This document shows positions 9,101-15,691 of a stretch of 16,631 bases of DNA, piece after piece. The stretch spans positions 1 through 16,631 of the forward strand of contig JBDRUX010000053.1 in NCBI GenBank assembly GCA_039801565.1, given 5' to 3'. The position numbers were made by a program, and so were the translations under genes. The notes below the pieces were generated by a model. That model did not search any database. It saw nothing but the letters and a program-made list of their open reading frames with translations, and was not told where the DNA came from. This stretch comes from a candidate division WOR-3 bacterium. GTDB lineage: Bacteria; Hydrothermota; Tepidihabitantia; Tepidihabitantales; JAOUPE01. The number at the start of each line of letters is the position of its first letter. Position 1 is the stretch's first letter.

Positions 9101-9283
9101 ATGATAATAAAATTACTACTGCCAATCGGCATTGTCAGCAATCTATTTATGATTTTCGCGGTTTTGACCGGATTGCGTTGGATTAAAACGAAAGTTAAAA
9201 TCCATCAGCTATTGGCATTGCTTGGGTTTTTTAGCGCTATATTTCATGCCGTAATTGGCATTTATATAACTTTCTTCAAATAA
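9101..9283 (+). CDS. 60-aa two-TM membrane protein, half of a di-heme cytochrome b / ferric-reductase-like bundle
   Basis: Strong SD; helix 1 has G10 and T23-G24, helix 2 has H35 and H49 (H-x13-H). Confidence 0.75.
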   Translation: MIIKLLLPIGIVSNLFMIFAVLTGLRWIKTKVKIHQLLALLGFFSAIFHAVIGIYITFFK

Positions 9284-9292
9284 GGAGGCATA

Positions 9293-9664
9293 ATGAAAAG
9301 ACTTAGCTTAGTCTACCTATTGTTTCTTATTTTACTTTCCTTACCTCAAGCTATAGCCCATCCCGCAGACGCCGTTGAGATAAATTTTGATTCTACTTAT
9401 ACCCTTACTATCAACATTCGCCATCCAGTAAAGAAATTTCCCTCTGACCACTATATTAATCAAGTTACGGTTAAACTTAATGACAAAGAGATTATAAAAC
9501 AGGTCTTCAAATCCCAGACTGATAAGGATTGGCAAAATATTTTCTACAAAGTGATTGATGCCAAACCCAATGACAAGATTACCCTCACGGCATTTTGTAG
9601 TCTCTTTGGCAAGACAACCGAGATGTTTACTATCCCCACCCGAAAAACTGAGGGCGAAAAATAG
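9293..9664 (+). CDS. Secreted superoxide reductase (neelaredoxin/desulfoferrodoxin)-fold metal-binding protein
   Basis: SD AGGAGG; signal peptide ending AIA; motifs H23-P, H44-P-V, D-H53-Y-I and C102-S-L-F-G align with the SOR H..HPM..HYI..CNLHG ligands. Confidence 0.65.
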   Translation: MKRLSLVYLLFLILLSLPQAIAHPADAVEINFDSTYTLTINIRHPVKKFPSDHYINQVTVKLNDKEIIKQVFKSQTDKDWQNIFYKVIDAKPNDKITLTAFCSLFGKTTEMFTIPTRKTEGEK

Positions 9665-9696
9665 GTTACCAAAGATTTTTATAAAGGCGAAACCCA

Positions 9697-10146
9697 ATGA
9701 ATTACAAACAAGAGAAAACTCGTTATATTTCTTACTGCGGAGCCTATTGTTATCTTTGTGACTGGTTTACGGACAGACACCGGAAAGTCTTCCAAACAGC
9801 ACTTGATTCCATAGAACTCTATGGTTTCAAACGGTGGTTACAAGGTCGGGTTGATATTAAAAATCTTAAATTAGGATTGAAAATTTTGGCGAATTCGAAT
9901 ATTTGTTCCGGTTGCAAAGCCGAAGCAGGCAGTCCTAATGACCGCTGTAAGATTCGCAAGTGCGCCTATTCAAAAGGATTGGAGCTTTGCAGTGAATGCG
10001 ATAATTTTCCATGCTCACTGCTCAAAACCAATAAAGGAGTAGTTAAGTTCCATTGTCTGGAAAATCTTCAAGAAATTAAAACCAAGGGCTTGAAGCGATG
10101 GATTGACCAACAATGGCAAGAATATATAAACAACGAATTGTATTGA
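9697..10146 (+). CDS. DUF3795-family Cys-rich (Fe-S/Zn) protein
   Basis: YCGAYCYLC ... CSGC ... CKIRKC ... CSEC..FPC; 11 Cys in the DUF3795 spacing. Confidence 0.85.
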   Translation: MNYKQEKTRYISYCGAYCYLCDWFTDRHRKVFQTALDSIELYGFKRWLQGRVDIKNLKLGLKILANSNICSGCKAEAGSPNDRCKIRKCAYSKGLELCSECDNFPCSLLKTNKGVVKFHCLENLQEIKTKGLKRWIDQQWQEYINNELY

Positions 10147-10161
10147 ACATACTGAAAATTG

Positions 10162-10653
10162 CTAACGAGGCAAACCGAAAACAGTATCCCCCGGCTTAAT
10201 GCCATTTTCAAAAAACCAGCCCTGATTTGTCTCTAAGGCATAAAGAAATGGTTTATTGGGATAATGCTGGGTCTGTTCATCAAACGGTGTCATCTGCTGG
10301 ATATCAATAATAACCCCTTTTTGGTCAATAAAAGCGATGCTTAATGGAATTTTTGTGTTTTTCATATAGAAGGGATAGATACCATCCTCTTCGAAAATAA
10401 AAAGCATCCCCTGGTCTTGGGCTAAGGTTTGTCGATACATCAAGCCCAAAGAACGTTCTTCCGGAGTATTGGCAATTTCCACATTAAGTTTTGCTCCTTT
10501 AATAATCAAGGTGATTCTTTTGGGTTCAGCGCAAGTTGGTTTAGTCTTTTCGACCTTTTTGGTCCGACAGGCAAATGAGAATATAGCCCAGATTAGCAAC
10601 AAGGATACAAACCACTGGTGAACGTTAATATAAGAGCGAAGATTAAAAGGCAC
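10162..10653 (-). CDS. DUF192-family exported protein (possible lipoprotein)
   Basis: VEIANTPEERSLGLMYR, GMLFIF, FYMKNTKIPLSIAFID and ALETNQGWF; hydrophobic stretch ending FSFAC; GTG overlaps the glyS stop. Confidence 0.92.
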   Translation of the reverse strand: MPFNLRSYINVHQWFVSLLLIWAIFSFACRTKKVEKTKPTCAEPKRITLIIKGAKLNVEIANTPEERSLGLMYRQTLAQDQGMLFIFEEDGIYPFYMKNTKIPLSIAFIDQKGVIIDIQQMTPFDEQTQHYPNKPFLYALETNQGWFFENGIKPGDTVFGLPR

Positions 10654-12734
10654 TATTCACCTTCAAGGACGATTTTCGACAGGTCACAGACTTTCATAAA
10701 TAATGATTTTAAATAGTTTAATAAGGCAAGGCGGTTCTGACGCAAATTACCATCTTCGGTCATTATTAAGACATTATCAAATAGCGAATCAATATTTCGG
10801 CGCAATGATAATAGTAATGATAGTGCTTTTTCGTAGTCTCTTTTTTCGATTGCTGAATTCAAAAGGGGTTCAATCGCTCTGGCTTTTTCGTATAGTTCTT
10901 TTTCATCCTGCTCAATAAGTAATTGCTCTTGGATTGAATCACTAACCAATTGGTCTCTTAGGATATTATTAACTCTTTTCTGACCAATTACCAAATCTTC
11001 AAACTCTTTACCAGTACGGAATTGAATAAGGGCGTTTGCTCTTTTTAACGCATCCACTGGATTCATCCAAGCCACTGCTAACACGGCATCACAGATATCA
11101 TAACGAATATTACGCTCAAGGAACAAATTTTCTAACCGCTCTTGGAAAAATTGATGAATTTTTGGCAAAAGGTTAGAACTATCAAAGGTCAGTTGAAAAA
11201 GGCTTAAATTATAGGAGATTAGTGCAGCTAAATCAAACCAAAAATTCTTATCAATAATTATTGATAGAATAGCGGTTGCTTGTCGGCGGAGTCCAAAAGG
11301 GTCTTCGGAGCCGGAAGGTGTTTCACCAACAATGAACGATGCTACGATATTATCAAGCTTATCAGCAATACTCAAAATTGCTCCTTCGGTGCTTTGCGGT
11401 AATGAATCACCAATGCTTTTTGGTAAATACTGTTCTTTAATTGCCGTTGCCGCCAATAATGATTCACCCAAACTCTCAGCATAAATTCCGCCAATTGTGC
11501 CTTGCAGGGATGTAAATTCTTTTTCTCTAACCATATTGGTCAAGAGGTCAGCCTTTGCCAGTTCCGCAGCTCGGAAAAGAGAAGGAGAATCAATATTCGG
11601 CACATACTGACTGATAAATTTTGTTAGAGCAACTAACCGTTGGGTCTTTTCATAAAGTGAACCCAAACCTTCAATCCAGGTAACTTTCTTCTCGGCTTCG
11701 ACTAAAGGCGCAAGCCCAACCTTTAGGTCTTCTTCTAAGAAGAACAACGCATCTTTGAGGCGTGATTCAATTGCCTTCTCATACCAGGTTTTAACTTCAG
11801 CGTGGTTACATTTCGGATTATTAGTCACGGTGATAAAATAAGGCAGAAGGTTACCTTTTCGGTCTTGAATGGAAAAGCAACGCTGGTGTGCCTTTAAGGC
11901 GGTTCTTAAAACGACCGCTGGTAATTTAAGAAACTCGGATTTGAACTCACCTAAGATAGCCAATGGGTATTCGACAAGGTTGGTAATTTCGGCTAATAGT
12001 TCTTCGTCCTTAACTAAAGATCCCTTAACTTTTTGGGCGATTCTTTTTGTCTGTTTTTCAATTTCCCGTTGGCGAGTTTTGGGGTCAACCAGGACGCCGT
12101 AGCGCCTTAAGATTTTCTCATAATCAAATACCTTATTTAATCTTATCGGCTTTTTAAGGAAATTACGATGACCAAAAGTCTTATTCGATGCAACAAGTCT
12201 ATCAAATTCAAATTTAATTGGTGTTGTGCCAAAAATCGCGCAGAGCCAGCGAATTGGACGACCAAACCTGGTCTTATTTTCGGTCCAACGCATCGTCTTA
12301 GGAAAGGGTATTGACCGAACAATTTCGGCAAGACCCTGAGCCAAAATTGTTTCGGTTTTCTCTTGAGCAGTTGCTTTTTTTAAATAGGCATATTCCCCCC
12401 GTTCGGTCTTTTTGGGATAAAGGTCCTTTACTTTCTTGCCATGACTTTGGGCAAACCCGATAGCGCTTTTGGTTGGATTGCCTTGGTCATCAAAAGCAAC
12501 CCGCCAAGGTGGTCCGGCGACTTCAATAATTTCCTTTCGTTGTTTTTCACTGACCTTCTGCCATATTACCGCAATTCGCCGAGGTGTATAAAAAATCTTT
12601 GCCTTACCAAAGCTAATCCGATTCTGCTTTAAAAAGTCACTTACCTTTTCTTTAAGAACTTCGGCAGCTGGTTTTGGAAATGATGCTGGAAGTTCTTCGG
12701 TCCCAATTTCTAATAATAAATTTTTAACATTCAT
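10653..12734 (-). CDS. glyS: Glycine--tRNA ligase beta subunit
   Basis: LLLEIGTEELP, TPRR, FPKTMRW, FGRPIRW, LVEYP, KADL, DPFGLRR and a C-terminal DALR-like anticodon domain (NRLALL). Confidence 0.98.
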   Translation of the reverse strand: MNVKNLLLEIGTEELPASFPKPAAEVLKEKVSDFLKQNRISFGKAKIFYTPRRIAVIWQKVSEKQRKEIIEVAGPPWRVAFDDQGNPTKSAIGFAQSHGKKVKDLYPKKTERGEYAYLKKATAQEKTETILAQGLAEIVRSIPFPKTMRWTENKTRFGRPIRWLCAIFGTTPIKFEFDRLVASNKTFGHRNFLKKPIRLNKVFDYEKILRRYGVLVDPKTRQREIEKQTKRIAQKVKGSLVKDEELLAEITNLVEYPLAILGEFKSEFLKLPAVVLRTALKAHQRCFSIQDRKGNLLPYFITVTNNPKCNHAEVKTWYEKAIESRLKDALFFLEEDLKVGLAPLVEAEKKVTWIEGLGSLYEKTQRLVALTKFISQYVPNIDSPSLFRAAELAKADLLTNMVREKEFTSLQGTIGGIYAESLGESLLAATAIKEQYLPKSIGDSLPQSTEGAILSIADKLDNIVASFIVGETPSGSEDPFGLRRQATAILSIIIDKNFWFDLAALISYNLSLFQLTFDSSNLLPKIHQFFQERLENLFLERNIRYDICDAVLAVAWMNPVDALKRANALIQFRTGKEFEDLVIGQKRVNNILRDQLVSDSIQEQLLIEQDEKELYEKARAIEPLLNSAIEKRDYEKALSLLLSLRRNIDSLFDNVLIMTEDGNLRQNRLALLNYLKSLFMKVCDLSKIVLEGE

Positions 12735-12741
12735 TTTTCGA

Positions 12742-12769
12742 TTATTATTCGATTTTGGACAAAAGTCAA
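12742..12769 (-). promoter_or_regulatory. sigma70 promoter of glyS, probably leaderless (TTGACT-N16-TAATAA, or N17-AATAAT)
   Basis: -10 ends 6-7 nt before ATG 12734; no SD. Confidence 0.55.
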
Positions 12770-12826
12770 GGAGATTTTAAAATCATATTAAAAATAGTAC
12801 TTATAAGTTTGTGAGCAGCCATTGTA

Positions 12827-12854
12827 TTGACAATAAGAAAATCTTAATTACTAT
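12827..12854 (+). promoter_or_regulatory. sigma70 promoter of alr, probably leaderless (TTGACA-N16-TACTAT)
   Basis: -10 at 12849-12854, 7 nt before ATG 12862; no SD. Confidence 0.6.
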
Positions 12855-12861
12855 TAACCTA

Positions 12862-14127
12862 ATGGATTTAGGCAAAAACGAATTCAGTTCAGCCACCATC
12901 AGTAAATTAAAACCCGACCCAGGCGCAATGCCGCAGGCGGTAAAAGGCACCAAAGCAATCATTGATATCGCAACCCAAAAGGAAGCACGGCGCATTTGGG
13001 CGGGTATTAATTTAGATGCCTTGGAGGAGAATCTAAAAGCTGTAAAAAAACTACTCAATGGTAAAAAAATCCTTTTGGCAATAAAAGCCGATGCCTATGG
13101 GCACGGTGCAAAAGAGATTGCTGCTCATCTTGATGGCAAAGTGGATATGTTCGGCGTGGCCGGAGTCGAAGAAGGGATTAACCTTCGCACCAATAGCGGT
13201 ATCCGTTCACCAATTCTAATTCTCAGCCCTATCCCCTATTCCGGAATCGAAGCTCTATTCGCTTACAACCTTACCCCGACCATTAGCGAAAAAGAGTTTG
13301 CCCGGGTCTTAGCCCAAACGGCAAAAAAGAAGAACCAGCCGATTAAAGTCCATATCGAAGTTGATACCGGAATGGGAAGGACTGGCTTATCCTTTGCTGA
13401 AGCCGAAGCAACCATCACCAAAATCAATTCTGAGCCATTTCTCAAAATTGAGGGAATATTTACCCATTTTCCAGCCGCGGATACCGATTTTGATTTTAGC
13501 CTCGAACAGCTTGATAAATTTCGCCAACTTACCGAAAATTTAGCCAAACTCGGAATTAAGCCAATTCGCCATATCGCCAATTCCGCAGGATTTCTTAATT
13601 TTCCCGAATCTTATTTTGATATGATTCGACCCGGTCTTATCATTTATGGCATTCATCCTAATCAAAATACGAATCAAACGATTTCGTTAAAACCAGTGAT
13701 GAGTTTAAGGACCCGAGTGGTCAATCTTCGTTGGGTTCCAAAAGGTACCAGTATCAGTTACGACCGAACTTATATCACCAAGCGTGATTCCTTGATTGCC
13801 GTTATTACGGCTGGTTATGGTGATGGTTATCCTTGGTCACTTTCCAATACCGGCGAAGTGATTGTTGCTGGGAAACGGGCAAAAATTGTCGGCAATGTCT
13901 GTATGGATTTAACAATGATTGATGTGACTGAAATCGAAGGAGTAAAGATTGGCGACATCGTCACTTTAATTGGCAGTGCCGGTAACCAGACAATTACCGT
14001 CAACGAATTAGCAAAATGGGCAAAGACGATTCCTTACGAGATAATTACCCGAATCAGTCCCCGGGTGCCACGGCTCTTCATTAAACAAGGCCGGATACAA
14101 AAAATTCGCGACCTGCTTAATTTATGA
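12862..14127 (+). CDS. alr: Alanine racemase
   Basis: PLP lysine motif IKADAYGHG, HIEVDTGMGRTG, FTHF, NSAG, IRPG, ISYD, GYGDG, CMD and TIPYE. Start moved from GTG 12811 to ATG 12862 because the promoter lies between them. Confidence 0.96.
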   Translation: MDLGKNEFSSATISKLKPDPGAMPQAVKGTKAIIDIATQKEARRIWAGINLDALEENLKAVKKLLNGKKILLAIKADAYGHGAKEIAAHLDGKVDMFGVAGVEEGINLRTNSGIRSPILILSPIPYSGIEALFAYNLTPTISEKEFARVLAQTAKKKNQPIKVHIEVDTGMGRTGLSFAEAEATITKINSEPFLKIEGIFTHFPAADTDFDFSLEQLDKFRQLTENLAKLGIKPIRHIANSAGFLNFPESYFDMIRPGLIIYGIHPNQNTNQTISLKPVMSLRTRVVNLRWVPKGTSISYDRTYITKRDSLIAVITAGYGDGYPWSLSNTGEVIVAGKRAKIVGNVCMDLTMIDVTEIEGVKIGDIVTLIGSAGNQTITVNELAKWAKTIPYEIITRISPRVPRLFIKQGRIQKIRDLLNL

Positions 14128-14447
14128 GTGAAGAATTACCACCGGTCTCTTTTCATAGTATCATTTTGATGTTTTCCGCTGCTGCTTTGCACTATTTAGG
14201 TATTACACCTGACCCACAATCGCAAAAAATCGAGAAAAATCTACCAATGGCGAAACAAACCATTGATACCTTAGAGGTGTTGAAGCAAAAAACCAAAGGC
14301 AATCTCGATGCTGAGGAAGAGAAATTATTAGATAGTTTGCTTTATGAATTAAGATTGCACTATCTTAAGGCAGTTGAAACACAAGTTGCTCAGCAACCAA
14401 AGGAAACGCAACAAAATAAACCCACTAATCAGCAAGAAAAGACTTAA
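14124..14447 (+). CDS. DUF1844-family protein
   Basis: LPPVSF...ALHYLG..PDP...NLPMAKQTIDTLEVLKQKTKGNL..EE..LL...LYELR; ATGA overlap with alr. Confidence 0.9.
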   Translation: MSEELPPVSFHSIILMFSAAALHYLGITPDPQSQKIEKNLPMAKQTIDTLEVLKQKTKGNLDAEEEKLLDSLLYELRLHYLKAVETQVAQQPKETQQNKPTNQQEKT

Positions 14448-14461
14448 TCAGTACCTAAGAA

Positions 14462-15571
14462 TTGTCAACTCAAATAGCCACTTATCAGCCCCAAAAAATT
14501 CTCAATGTTAAAAGACATTGTGATGGTGGTTGGTTTTGGACTAAATATTCGGCTTACCCTTATTTAGGGTGTTATTATGGTTGTCTTTACTGTTACGAAT
14601 GGGACAAAAAATATACGCCATTTAAAAATCCACTGGGTTTTGATAAACAGATACTTATCAAAGAAAATGCTGCCGAAATTTTAGCTCAAGAATTGGTGAA
14701 TAAACCGATTGACCTAATTATGTTAGGGGATTGGCAGCCGGTTGAACAAAAGTATCGGCTTTCCCGGGCGATGTTAAAGGTGACAAGCGAATTGGGTTTT
14801 CCGGTATTTATTAATGAGAAATCGCCTTTAGTTGTTCGAGATTTAGATTTACTTGCCACAATCAACCAAAAAAGTTACGCCAATATCGGTTTTTCTATCA
14901 TCACCACCCAAGACGATGCGACTCGAAAAATCTTTGAGCCAAAAGCACCTTCGGTACAATCGCGTTTTTCCGCTATGGCAAAGATTGCTGATGCCGGTAT
15001 TATGACCGGTACCGTCTTTATGCCTATCCTACCATTCATTTATGATAACGAAAAGAATATCCAAGCGGTAGTTAGGATGACTAAAGATGCTGGTGGCAAA
15101 TATGTTTTAGCTGGTAATCTTACTCTTTTTGGCTATTGCAAAGAAAGATATTACCAGGCACTAAAGACCTTAGATCCGGATTTGATTGCTCGATACGATA
15201 ACCTTTATCGTGACCATAATGCTTGGCAACACCACTACCGAACTATTGCAAAATTAGTGGAAAGTTACTGTCAGAAATATCACTTGGATTATCAAATTCC
15301 TCGTCCGGTTAATTTTTTCCCAAAAAAGATTCGAGTCAATAAATTGATTGCGGAACAAATCTATTCTCAGGTTCGTTCCCTCCAATTTCAATCCGATAAT
15401 TACTATCAAGTTCAAGCCTTTTTGAAAGTTGCCAATAATATTGATGAAACCGCTACCGACATTTTAACCCTTTACGAACAAGAAGGGTTTGATGGACTTA
15501 AAAAATTTCCAGGGGTTGGGAACAAAATGGCGGCTGTTTTGGAAAGGGTGATTATTAATTTCAAAAAGTAA
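14462..15571 (+). CDS. SPL/SplB-like radical SAM protein with a C-terminal PolX-type helix-hairpin-helix domain
   Basis: PYLGCYYGCLYC (CxxxCxxC), WQPVEQKYRLSR, KSPLVVRDLDLL, FEPKAPS...RF and MPILPFI; C-terminal AFLKVAN...LKKFPGVGNKMA. TTG start is uncertain. Confidence 0.88.
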   Translation: MSTQIATYQPQKILNVKRHCDGGWFWTKYSAYPYLGCYYGCLYCYEWDKKYTPFKNPLGFDKQILIKENAAEILAQELVNKPIDLIMLGDWQPVEQKYRLSRAMLKVTSELGFPVFINEKSPLVVRDLDLLATINQKSYANIGFSIITTQDDATRKIFEPKAPSVQSRFSAMAKIADAGIMTGTVFMPILPFIYDNEKNIQAVVRMTKDAGGKYVLAGNLTLFGYCKERYYQALKTLDPDLIARYDNLYRDHNAWQHHYRTIAKLVESYCQKYHLDYQIPRPVNFFPKKIRVNKLIAEQIYSQVRSLQFQSDNYYQVQAFLKVANNIDETATDILTLYEQEGFDGLKKFPGVGNKMAAVLERVIINFKK

Positions 15572-15632
15572 CCTTCTCTATCGTTTTAATTATTGTAACC
15601 ACCAAGTCACCTTCATAAAAGAAATCGAACTA

Positions 15633-15661
15633 TTGACTTATTTTTAGAATTTCGGTATAAT
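15633..15661 (+). promoter_or_regulatory. sigma70 promoter (TTGACT-N17-TATAAT)
   Basis: Near-perfect consensus upstream of SD GGAGG and GTG 15692. Confidence 0.75.
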
Positions 15662-15691
15662 AAAATAAAGCTGCCTATTGGAGGAACTTGT

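Noticed and set aside
9293..9664. SoxZ assignment for the secreted protein
   Set aside because: The HP..H(Y/F)I pattern is shared, but there is no soxY or other sox gene nearby, and the N-terminal His plus CxxxG fit the SOR ligand set better.
12811..12861. GTG start of alr given by the ORF track
   Set aside because: It lies upstream of the TTGACA/TACTAT promoter; ATG 12862 is more plausible.
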